Assembly: GCA_905234755.1 (NCBI GenBank)
Contig: CAJOIT010000003.1
Location: forward strand, 9,135 to 73,134
Source: an uncultured Bacteroidales bacterium
GTDB lineage: Bacteria > Bacteroidota > Bacteroidia > Bacteroidales > ML635J-15
DNA length: 64,000 bases
Reading direction: 5' to 3'
In this document: positions 56,138-64,000 of the stretch, piece after piece
How the letters are laid out: the number at the start of each line of letters is the position of its first letter
How positions within the stretch are numbered: the first letter of the stretch is position 1
The notes under the pieces: model-generated
Seen by the model: only the letters and a program-made list of their open reading frames with translations
Databases searched by the model: none
Told to the model about the DNA's origin: nothing
Made by a program: the position numbers and the translations under genes

Positions 56138-57118
56138 TTACTTTAGATATATTTTCTGTCCAATCTGCAGTATGCTTGTTTCGCTGAGGTGGTTTATCTG
56201 GCAGAGCTTTGCAACAGAGGTGTGGTACATTCTTGCAACATGGCTTAGTGTATCGCCCTTCTTGATAATGTAATATTCTGCATTCGGATCATCGGGAACA
56301 TACGAATATGCCTGTGGATTAGGGTCGATAACGGTGAAATGGTTGCTACTCTTGTCGAGGTTTTTGTAAGCGAGTTCCATAGTGGCGTTGTCGATGTGTA
56401 CATCTTTGTGAACCTGCCGTGCAGAGTCGGAAAGCGAGTGCGAGAAAAGCCATTCGTAGGTGTCGGGCAAGTAGAACATTCTTGCCAGACGGCTGTGATT
56501 TACACCGCTTAGCCTGTCGAAAATCAGGCGTGATGTGTCGCCGCACTCTATCATCTTGTCAACAACTGCCTGCGACTGGCTAACACCAACTGCTTTGTCG
56601 GCTGTACCATGCATTATCCAGAGCGGGACTTCGTTTAGTCCACAGTATTCTTTTAGCGTTCCGCCGCCACAGAGTGCCATTGCTGCTGCAACTTTTTCGG
56701 GGTATGTGCCGACAAAATCAATTGTGCCGTATCCACCGAGGCTCATTCCGAGAACATATAGACGATTCGTGTCGGTGCGGTATTTTTCTGTAGTCCAGTC
56801 GATTATCTTCATTATCTTTTCTGGTTTCCAAGCATCGCCTGGGTTTTGCGGTGCTACTACGACAGCGTTTATTTTTCTACCCATTAGAAGGGCATCGAGC
56901 GGACCATAGCGGCGAACCATCGATAGGTTTCTTCCGCAGAGGCTTCTTCCGTGGAGGAAAAGCACTGTCGGTGTGGTTGCGTTTATAGAATCGTAACATT
57001 CGGGCAGATATACCCAGAAATTGTAGCTTCCTTGCACAGAATCGCGGAAAGCCATCAGCTTTTGCGAACTTGCATAAAACGGAATGAGTATCAATATTGC
57101 AACGATTATCTTTTTCAT
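56138..57118 (-). CDS. Alpha/beta hydrolase (esterase/peptidase S9-like) fused to a C-terminal LysM domain
   Basis: Signal peptide, nucleophile elbow GMSLGG, then HG..D. The C-terminal LysM is YYIIKKGDTLSHVARMYHTSVAKLCQINHL.....LQIGQKIYL. Confidence 0.75.
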   Translation of the reverse strand: MKKIIVAILILIPFYASSQKLMAFRDSVQGSYNFWVYLPECYDSINATTPTVLFLHGRSLCGRNLSMVRRYGPLDALLMGRKINAVVVAPQNPGDAWKPEKIMKIIDWTTEKYRTDTNRLYVLGMSLGGYGTIDFVGTYPEKVAAAMALCGGGTLKEYCGLNEVPLWIMHGTADKAVGVSQSQAVVDKMIECGDTSRLIFDRLSGVNHSRLARMFYLPDTYEWLFSHSLSDSARQVHKDVHIDNATMELAYKNLDKSSNHFTVIDPNPQAYSYVPDDPNAEYYIIKKGDTLSHVARMYHTSVAKLCQINHLSETSILQIGQKIYLK

Positions 57119-58707
57119 TTGATTGAAAGTTTATAAATGTTAGTGCCTCTCGAACCAATCGCAACATGATTGTCAATGATTATCGGTGATGATTCGAAAT
57201 TGATTCCTATAAGTTTGGTTAGCAGGAATTCTCCTGTTTTACCATCAATTATGTATGCGTGTCCTACGCAGTCGAATGTCAGTACAAACATTTTGCCCTC
57301 GTTGTTGGTGATTGCAACTGGTGACGACCAAGCGTAGTGTTCAAGTTTCTTTGTGTATGCGATTTCGCCTGTTTCTTTTTTCAGTGCGCAGAAAATTCCT
57401 GCTGCTGGTGGGTCGTTGGTGCAGATGTTGCTGAAAAGCAAGTCTGAGCAGTCGCCAGTGCCAAGAAGCATTGTGGAGTACATTCCACCATCGAAATGCT
57501 TGTCGCCAAGTGTCATTTTCTTGCACTCTATTTTTTGTTCCCAGATGCGTTCTCCTGTCAGAGCGTTGAGTTTTACGAGGTATGAAATGCCTTCGTAACC
57601 TTGCCTGTCCATTTCGCAACCCGAATAGAGATATGGGATTCCGTCTTCGATTTCGAGGACTGGTGTCGCATCTGTGTCATCGTGATTATCGTAGTGCCAT
57701 ACTGGTTTTAGGTTGTTCAGGTTGATGCACAATATGTTGCCGTGGTTGTCGGTAGTATAGCCATAGTTTTTGTAAACCGCCATTGATGACTCCATTCCGC
57801 CTGCGCTGTCGTCGGTTTTCTTGTACCGGAGTGTCGAGTGCAGGTTTATTTTTCCTTTTTCGCGTGTATATTTGTAAACGGTTCCGTTTTCGCCGATGCG
57901 GAAAAGGAATCCGCCAACAACGAGCGGAGATGCGTCGTATGCGCTCCAGTTGCGCCATGCATTAGGGTCTTCGGGGAAAAAGTCGGAAATCTTGTGGTCG
58001 AAAAGGTCAACCACCATTGCGCCTATTGGTCGTCTGCGCGGGATGCCCTGTCCGATGTAGAGGTTGCCGTTTAGGTCGGGGTCGAGCATGGCTGTGCCTT
58101 TTATTGGGTTCAGCACATCTATTGGCTTGCGTGACATTTTGCCAGTTTCGTAGTTTATAAAATACAGCTTTCCGCACAGTGAGCAGACCATGATTTCCTT
58201 GTCGCCAAAGTTTTCCGTTAGCGAATCGTTTGTTTCGTGGAACTTTTGCATCATGCTGTCGCTCCATTCTACATAGAGAGGCTGACCTGTCCATCCGCTT
58301 CCGCCGCCCCATGTACCGAAACTTGTTTTGGTGGTGTCGTAGCTTGTCTCGAATGCCCAATCGATGTCGATGTCGGTGGGAATGCTGTCGATGTGACCGA
58401 CAAATGCTGCGTTACGCAAAGGATTGCCTCGGAATGTGAATATTCCCGGAGTTTCGCTATATGCGTCTTCGATGTTGGAAAGTTCACCCGAGGTTATGGT
58501 GTCGAAGATTGTGATGTCGTATTTCAGGTTTGCGACAGAAGGGTAGATGGTGTCTGGAAACGGTATTGTTGATTCGTCAACTGCTTGCGGAACGGTGTCG
58601 CATTCGGGTGTTTCTGCGTTTTCGTTTTCCGTTTTGCCGTTGCACGATTCAAGCAAGCATATTGCTACACAAGTTATTGCCGTAAATAATATAATTATGC
58701 GTTTCAT
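57115..58707 (-). CDS. Lipoprotein with a PQQ/BamB-like beta-propeller
   Basis: Lipobox LLESC. Repeated W-containing blades (VWHYDNHDD, RIWEQKIE, ...). The ATG at 58707 lies 33 nt after a TAtcTTTG box. ATGA overlap with the downstream esterase gene. Confidence 0.5.
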   Translation of the reverse strand: MKRIIILFTAITCVAICLLESCNGKTENENAETPECDTVPQAVDESTIPFPDTIYPSVANLKYDITIFDTITSGELSNIEDAYSETPGIFTFRGNPLRNAAFVGHIDSIPTDIDIDWAFETSYDTTKTSFGTWGGGSGWTGQPLYVEWSDSMMQKFHETNDSLTENFGDKEIMVCSLCGKLYFINYETGKMSRKPIDVLNPIKGTAMLDPDLNGNLYIGQGIPRRRPIGAMVVDLFDHKISDFFPEDPNAWRNWSAYDASPLVVGGFLFRIGENGTVYKYTREKGKINLHSTLRYKKTDDSAGGMESSMAVYKNYGYTTDNHGNILCINLNNLKPVWHYDNHDDTDATPVLEIEDGIPYLYSGCEMDRQGYEGISYLVKLNALTGERIWEQKIECKKMTLGDKHFDGGMYSTMLLGTGDCSDLLFSNICTNDPPAAGIFCALKKETGEIAYTKKLEHYAWSSPVAITNNEGKMFVLTFDCVGHAYIIDGKTGEFLLTKLIGINFESSPIIIDNHVAIGSRGTNIYKLSIK

Positions 58708-58739
58708 CGCAATCAAAACCTCAATTCAAAATTAGGGCG

Positions 58740-58747
58740 CAAAGATA
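58740..58747 (-). promoter_or_regulatory. -7 promoter box (TAtcTTTG) of the propeller-lipoprotein/esterase operon
   Basis: The minus strand reads TATCTTTG, 33 nt upstream of the ATG at 58707. Confidence 0.5.
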
Positions 58748-58934
58748 AGGAAAAATGGAGAAATGGCAAAATCGCAGGTTTGTCGGTTTCTATGTGCGAC
58801 AAATATTCGAGTTGTGGTTATTGTGTAATTCGGTGAGTAAAAGAGTTTTATGTTATAAAAAATACGATTTGCTCATTGCTTCAAAATTTGTAAAAAAAAT
58901 TAGAAAAACTTGTTTGTTATAAAAAGTTTTTTGT

Positions 58935-58942
58935 TATCTTTG
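58935..58942 (+). promoter_or_regulatory. -7 promoter box (TAtcTTTG) of the glycogen-cluster operon
   Basis: TATCTTTG lies 20 nt upstream of the ATG at 58962. Confidence 0.55.
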
Positions 58943-58961
58943 TAGGGTAACTTTTCGATTT

Positions 58962-60905
58962 ATGGGATATATTAGTTTTGACAAGAACCAACTGGTAAAT
59001 CTTGAGTATTCGCTCAAGCGTGAACTTATCCGCACAAGCCGAAGCGGTGCTTACGCAAGTTCCACCATAATAAACTGTAACACAAGAAAATACCACGGTC
59101 TATTCATCTGCCCGATGGAAGACATTGATGGCGATAACCATGTGCTGATTTCGTCGCTCGACTTGGCGGTTGTGCAGCACGATGAGGTGTTTCACCTTGG
59201 CGTTCACAAGTATCCCGATGGCGTGTATTTCCCAAAGGGACACAAGTATTTGCGCGATTTCCAGATTGAAACTATTCCGTATTTCATCTATCGCGTAGGC
59301 GGTGCGATGCTGAAGATGGAGCGAATTCTTAGCGATGACGACCGCATTATGCTGAAATACACTTTGCTCGAGGCTAATACCGAGACAAAGTTGCGTTTCC
59401 AGCCGTTCTTGGCATTCCGAAATGTACATAAGTTGAGCAAGGCAAATTTCTTCGTAAATACGAAATATATCCCTGTAGAAAACGGAATTAAGTTGAGAAT
59501 GTACGATTCGTACAAGTATCTGTATATGCAACTTTCGAAGAAATGCGAGTATGTTCACGTGCCCGACTGGTACTACAACAACGAGTACATTGAGGAGCAG
59601 GAGCGTGGCTACGACTACCGCGAGGACTTGTATGTGCCCGGATATTTCGAAGTGCCGATAAAGAAGGGTGAAACTGTGATTTTTACCGCTGCGTTGAGCG
59701 AAATGGCACCTTCAAGCATATCGCGTAAGTTTAATACAGAGTTGGCAAAGCGTTCGCCACGCAACAACTACGAGGAATGTCTGCGCAGTGCTGCCCAGCA
59801 GTTTATCTGCAAGCGCAACGGCAAGACCGAAATCGTTGCTGGTTATCCGTGGTTTGGTCGTTGGGGACGCGACACTTTCATTTCGTTGCCGGGACTAACT
59901 CTTCATGCTGGCAATGCAAAGGCTTGCCGCGAAGTTCTTGACACAATGTCGTCGGAAATGAAGAACGGTCTGTTCCCGAATATCGGTGCAGGCGATGATG
60001 CTGCATTGAATTCGGTTGATGCTCCATTGTGGTATTTCTGGGCATTGCACGAGTATGCAAATGTGCTTCCAGATCGCAAGCAGATATGGCAACTTTATGG
60101 CAAAAAGATGAAATCGGTGCTTGATGCCTATCGTAACGGCACAAGTTTCAATATAAAGATGCACGACAACGGCTTGATTTGGCAGGGCACACAAGGCAAG
60201 GCTCTCACTTGGATGGATGCCGTAGTGAACGGAAAGCCTGTAACTCCGCGAATGGGTTTTGCTGTTGAGATAAATGCCTTATGGTACAATGCAGTAATGT
60301 TCTCGCTTGAATTGGCAGCCGCTTGTGGCGATGCAGAGTTCATTGAAAAGTGGAAGGACATTCCCGAAAGGACAAAGGCATCTTTCCTTGCTATGTTCTG
60401 GGATGCAAACCGCGGTTATCTTGCCGATGTCGTAACTTACGATTACAGTGATTTTTCGGTTCGTCCTAACCAGATATTCGCTTGTTCGTTGCCATACACG
60501 ATGGTTACAGTTGATATGGCGGCATCTATTCTCGAAAAGGTTCAGTCCAGGTTGCTGACACCAAAGGGATTGCGTACTTTGTCGCCCGATTCGCCTGACT
60601 ACAAGGGTGTTTATTTCGGAAATCAGGAACAGCGCGATTCGGCTTACCATCAGGGAACCGTTTGGCCGTGGTTGCTCGGTCATTTCTGCGAAGGTTTGCT
60701 GAAGGTTTACGGAAAGCAGGCTTTGCCACAGGTTACCAAGATTGCTTGGGGCTTCGAGGAAGATATGACAATTGCTGGTATCGGTAGCATTTCCGAAATT
60801 TACGACGGTGACCCGCCATACAATCCGCGTGGTGCAATAGCACAGGCATGGAGCGTTGCAGAGGTGCTGAGAATTTTGTCGTTGATAAAGAAGTATGACA
60901 AGTAA
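58962..60905 (+). CDS. Glycogen debranching enzyme-like protein (GDE N-terminal domain plus amylo-alpha-1,6-glucosidase domain)
   Basis: GYPWFGRWGRDTFISLPGL and QAWSVAEVLR motifs typical of the GDE_C (alpha/alpha)6 barrel. 647 aa. Confidence 0.8.
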   Translation: MGYISFDKNQLVNLEYSLKRELIRTSRSGAYASSTIINCNTRKYHGLFICPMEDIDGDNHVLISSLDLAVVQHDEVFHLGVHKYPDGVYFPKGHKYLRDFQIETIPYFIYRVGGAMLKMERILSDDDRIMLKYTLLEANTETKLRFQPFLAFRNVHKLSKANFFVNTKYIPVENGIKLRMYDSYKYLYMQLSKKCEYVHVPDWYYNNEYIEEQERGYDYREDLYVPGYFEVPIKKGETVIFTAALSEMAPSSISRKFNTELAKRSPRNNYEECLRSAAQQFICKRNGKTEIVAGYPWFGRWGRDTFISLPGLTLHAGNAKACREVLDTMSSEMKNGLFPNIGAGDDAALNSVDAPLWYFWALHEYANVLPDRKQIWQLYGKKMKSVLDAYRNGTSFNIKMHDNGLIWQGTQGKALTWMDAVVNGKPVTPRMGFAVEINALWYNAVMFSLELAAACGDAEFIEKWKDIPERTKASFLAMFWDANRGYLADVVTYDYSDFSVRPNQIFACSLPYTMVTVDMAASILEKVQSRLLTPKGLRTLSPDSPDYKGVYFGNQEQRDSAYHQGTVWPWLLGHFCEGLLKVYGKQALPQVTKIAWGFEEDMTIAGIGSISEIYDGDPPYNPRGAIAQAWSVAEVLRILSLIKKYDK

Positions 60906-60917
60906 AAAATATTGAAA

Positions 60918-61814
60918 ATGAATAATATAAGAAAATATATCATTCCGTTAGCAATAACATGTATGTTGTTATTGTTAATAAGTGGATGTAAGAAGCATGA
61001 AACATACATTGTAACATTTAATGCAAACGGCGGAACTGGGACAATGGAAGCACAGACTTTTACCGAGGGCGAGGCACAAGCACTTACGTGCAATGCGTTT
61101 ACCTACGATGGCTACACATTTAGCGGCTGGAATACCGTTCAGAGTGGTAGCGGAGCATCTTACACCGATGGACAGACTATAACAGCAACTGCTGATTTGA
61201 CTTTGTATGCGCAGTGGGCAAGCAATGGCACAAATCCGACACCTGGACAAGACCCTACACCCACGCCCGGGCAGCTGAACGGTCACGCATACGTTGACCT
61301 CGGTTTGCCAAGCGGTACGTTGTGGGCTACTTGCAATGTAGGAGCAGAAACTCCAGAAGGACATGGAAATTATTATGCTTGGGGCGAAACCGTGGAGAAA
61401 GAAATTTATAGTATTGATACTTATACATATTCTAGCACAACACTTTCTCCAAATGCTGATGCAGCTACTGCAAATTGGGGTTCAGGTTGGAGAATGCCAA
61501 CTAAAACAGATTTTGAAGAACTAATAGATAATTGTACAACGATTTGGACCACAAAGAATGGTGTTGACGGTCAGGTATATACAGGGAATAATGGAAATTC
61601 GATTTTCATTCCTGTAACAGGACAACGACGTGGTAGTGAATTCTATTTCCCTGAAATTGGTTGGTATTGGTCAAGTTCATATAGTGGGAACGATGTCGCA
61701 TGGTATTTTTCTATGGCTACAAGTGGAACTTGCTTAGGATGTAACAATGATTTCTACTTTTGTTACCTCGGGTTAACTGTCCGTCCAGTGTGTATGTTAA
61801 TTGAAAATAATTGA
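60918..61814 (+). CDS. Lipoprotein: Listeria-Bacteroides (InlB B-type) repeat plus a DUF1566/FISUMP-like C-terminal domain
   Basis: Lipobox LISGC. The YIVTFNANGGTGTM...YTFSGWNT......LTLYAQW repeat is followed by a Pro/Thr linker. The C-terminus has GHAYVDLGLPSGTLWATCNVGA, YYAWGE and GWRMPTKTDFEEL. Confidence 0.65.
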   Translation: MNNIRKYIIPLAITCMLLLLISGCKKHETYIVTFNANGGTGTMEAQTFTEGEAQALTCNAFTYDGYTFSGWNTVQSGSGASYTDGQTITATADLTLYAQWASNGTNPTPGQDPTPTPGQLNGHAYVDLGLPSGTLWATCNVGAETPEGHGNYYAWGETVEKEIYSIDTYTYSSTTLSPNADAATANWGSGWRMPTKTDFEELIDNCTTIWTTKNGVDGQVYTGNNGNSIFIPVTGQRRGSEFYFPEIGWYWSSSYSGNDVAWYFSMATSGTCLGCNNDFYFCYLGLTVRPVCMLIENN

Positions 61815-61853
61815 ATTAAGAATATAATTGATTAAGTAAAAAAATATACGCCA

Positions 61854-63134
61854 ATGAAAGTTTTGATGTTCGGCTGGGAGTTTCCCCCACATATTACCGG
61901 TGGACTTGGAACGGCCTGTTACGGCTTGACCAAGGGTCTTTCGCATTTCGGCACGGAAATAATATTCGTTGTCCCGAAGGCTTACGGCGACGAGGATCAG
62001 AACTATGTGTCGATACGCAATGCCAGCGATGCTGTAATTACCGAAAAGGATGTCAAGGAAACCAAGGTGTGGAAGAATTTCCGCTACATCGAGGTCGGTT
62101 CGCGCCTTATACCTTATATGGATCCCGAGGATTTTGCAAGGATGTACGAATCGAACATTCCTGGGGTTAAGATTTCAGAGAGTTTCCTCAATACCAAATA
62201 CACATTCTCCGGTTCTTATGGCCCTAACCTGTACGATGAGGTATCGCGTTATGCACTTATTGCCGGACACATAGCGGCACATAACGATTTCGATGTTATT
62301 CACGCTCACGACTGGTTGACTTATTTTGCAGGCGTTGCCGCCAAGAAGGTTTCGGGAAAGCCTTTGGTTGTGCATATTCATGCAACCGAGTTCGACCGCA
62401 GTGGCGAACACGTGAACCAGCACGTTTATGACATCGAGAGGGCTGGTATGGAGGCTGCCGACAAGGTTATCGCTGTCAGCAACCTTACGCGCAACATCGT
62501 CATCAACCGCTACGGCATAAGTCCCGACAAGGTTGTTACGGTGCATAATTCGGTGGAACCGATGTCGTTGCCCGAATTTACCTTGCACAAGGGCTTCCGC
62601 GAAAAGGTTGTAACTTTCCTTGGTCGTGTTACTTTCCAGAAAGGTCCCGACTATTTCATCGAAGCGGCAAAAAAGGTCATCGACCGCGACCCCAATGTGC
62701 GCTTCGTGATGGCTGGCAGTGGCGATATGCTCAACAAGATGGTGCGTCGTGTGGCTCAGCTCGGAATTGCAACAAAATTCCATTTCGCAGGCTTCTTGAA
62801 AGGCAACGAGGTATATGAAATGTTCGGTATGAGCGATGTGTATGTTATGCCGTCGGTAAGCGAGCCGTTTGGAATTTCGCCGCTCGAGGCAATGATGTCC
62901 GATGTGCCGGTAATCATTTCAAAGCAGTCGGGTGTTGCCGAGGTCTTGAAGCACGCCATCAAGGTGGATTTCTGGGATGTGGACGAACTTGCCGATTCAA
63001 TTTACGGAATGCTTCACTACGATGCGTTGTCGCAGATGTTCAAGAAGTACGGCAAGCAGGAAGTCGAAAATTTAAGGTGGGAAAATTCCGCCTACTATGT
63101 CAACGAGGTTTATAAAAGTGTTTGTGGATATTAA
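61854..63134 (+). CDS. Glycosyltransferase family 4/5-type (putative alpha-glucan/glycogen synthase)
   Basis: MKVLMFGWEFPPHITGGLGTA N-terminus, then GT-B C-terminal motifs (GRVTFQKGPDYF, PSVSEPFGISPLEAM). It lies between the debranching and GH57 genes. Confidence 0.8.
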   Translation: MKVLMFGWEFPPHITGGLGTACYGLTKGLSHFGTEIIFVVPKAYGDEDQNYVSIRNASDAVITEKDVKETKVWKNFRYIEVGSRLIPYMDPEDFARMYESNIPGVKISESFLNTKYTFSGSYGPNLYDEVSRYALIAGHIAAHNDFDVIHAHDWLTYFAGVAAKKVSGKPLVVHIHATEFDRSGEHVNQHVYDIERAGMEAADKVIAVSNLTRNIVINRYGISPDKVVTVHNSVEPMSLPEFTLHKGFREKVVTFLGRVTFQKGPDYFIEAAKKVIDRDPNVRFVMAGSGDMLNKMVRRVAQLGIATKFHFAGFLKGNEVYEMFGMSDVYVMPSVSEPFGISPLEAMMSDVPVIISKQSGVAEVLKHAIKVDFWDVDELADSIYGMLHYDALSQMFKKYGKQEVENLRWENSAYYVNEVYKSVCGY

Positions 63135-63145
63135 AGTTTAGGTAT

Positions 63146-64000
63146 ATGCGTTCAATTTGCTTCTATTTTCAGGTACATCAGCCGTTTAGATTGAAAAAGT
63201 ACAGATTTTTCGACATTGGCAACGACCATAGTTATTACAACGACTACGAAAACCGCACCATCATGCGCAAGGTGGCGGAAAAGTGCTATCTGCCAGCAAA
63301 CCAGTTGTTTTTGGACTTGGTCAACGAGTATGGCGATAACTTCAAGATTGCCTATTCGCTATCGGGTACGGTAATCGACCAGTTTGAGCTGTATGCCCCC
63401 GATGTGCTCGAAAGTTTCCAGAAACTTTTCGCAACAGGCAGGGTGGAACTTCTGGATGAAACATATTCGCACTCGTTGTCGTCGTTGAGGCATGAGGATG
63501 TGTTTGATTATCAGGTGAACCGTCACAGAAGGAAAGTGAAGGAACTTTTTGGTATCGAACCGAAGATTTTCCGCAATACCGAACTTATTTATTCCGACGA
63601 GATAGGCGAGAAGGTGGCAAAACTCGGCTACGAGGGAATGCTTACCGAAGGCGCGCGCCACATTATGGGTTGGAAGAGTCCGAACTACTTGTACTGCAAT
63701 GCGGTAAATCCAAAGTTGAAACTTTTGCTGAAAAACTTCAAGTTGTCCGATGATATTGCTTTCCGTTTCTCCAACTCGGCATGGGAAGAATATCCACTAA
63801 CCGCAGAAAAGTATGTCGCTTGGCTCAATGCGATCGACCCGAACGAGGAAGTTGTAAACTTGTTTATGGACTACGAAACTTTTGGCGAGCACCAGTGGAA
63901 AGAAACGGGAATCTTTGACTTTATGCGCGCATTGCCCGAAAAGGTATTCAAGTATTCAGACTTCCAGTTCCATACGCCAAGCGAGGTCGTAGCGATGAAC
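63146..64000 (+). CDS. Glycoside hydrolase family 57 protein (alpha-amylase/branching-type), 5' part; runs off the right edge
   Basis: Manual translation from the ATG at 63146 gives MRSICFYFQVHQPFRLKKYRFFDIG...YSLSGTVIDQF...DYETFGEHQW. This is the GH57 N-terminal pattern. The frame stays open to the end of the window, so it is not in the ORF track. Confidence 0.8.
   Translation, partial: MRSICFYFQVHQPFRLKKYRFFDIGNDHSYYNDYENRTIMRKVAEKCYLPANQLFLDLVNEYGDNFKIAYSLSGTVIDQFELYAPDVLESFQKLFATGRVELLDETYSHSLSSLRHEDVFDYQVNRHRRKVKELFGIEPKIFRNTELIYSDEIGEKVAKLGYEGMLTEGARHIMGWKSPNYLYCNAVNPKLKLLLKNFKLSDDIAFRFSNSAWEEYPLTAEKYVAWLNAIDPNEEVVNLFMDYETFGEHQWKETGIFDFMRALPEKVFKYSDFQFHTPSEVVAMN

Overview
This is a chromosomal segment from a Bacteroidota genome, probably Bacteroidales. 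The evidence is TAnnTTTG -7 promoter boxes in front of most genes, T9SS components and cargo, a Rho with a large N-terminal insertion, and a GH97/GH57/GT4 glycan gene set. About 50 protein genes are packed tightly, often with ATGA or TAATG stop/start overlaps. I saw no rRNA, tRNA, CRISPR array, transposase or integrase.

Most of the window is housekeeping: trxB, nth, argS, trkH, trmD, gap, dxr, rho, pheT, grpE-dnaJ, porV, ispF, uvrA and a glycogen-type cluster.

The accessory part is the left edge (1-5.9 kb). It holds a type I R-M operon, hsdM - DUF1016/PDDEXK - hsdS, with no hsdR in the window. Downstream is a separately promoted DUF262 (ParB-like) gene plus a P-loop ATPase gene that runs off the edge. 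The block abuts an N-terminally truncated NUDIX gene, which looks like an island boundary.

Other points worth a second look:
- A lipoprotein with two VYGxPE repeats, start-coupled to a radical SAM/SPASM enzyme and a cupin.
- A mosaic FISUMP-domain surface protein with a T9SS C-terminal sorting domain stranded near its N-terminus.
- A T9SS type-B cargo operon.
- A porV-ispF-barrel-lipoprotein block.
- Several intergenic repeat families: two hairpin families with compensatory substitutions, an AATCGTAAAT promoter module shared by unrelated genes, and AGAAAC/CATAAAC word arrays.

All calls come from reading the translations and the DNA by eye. No database search was run.
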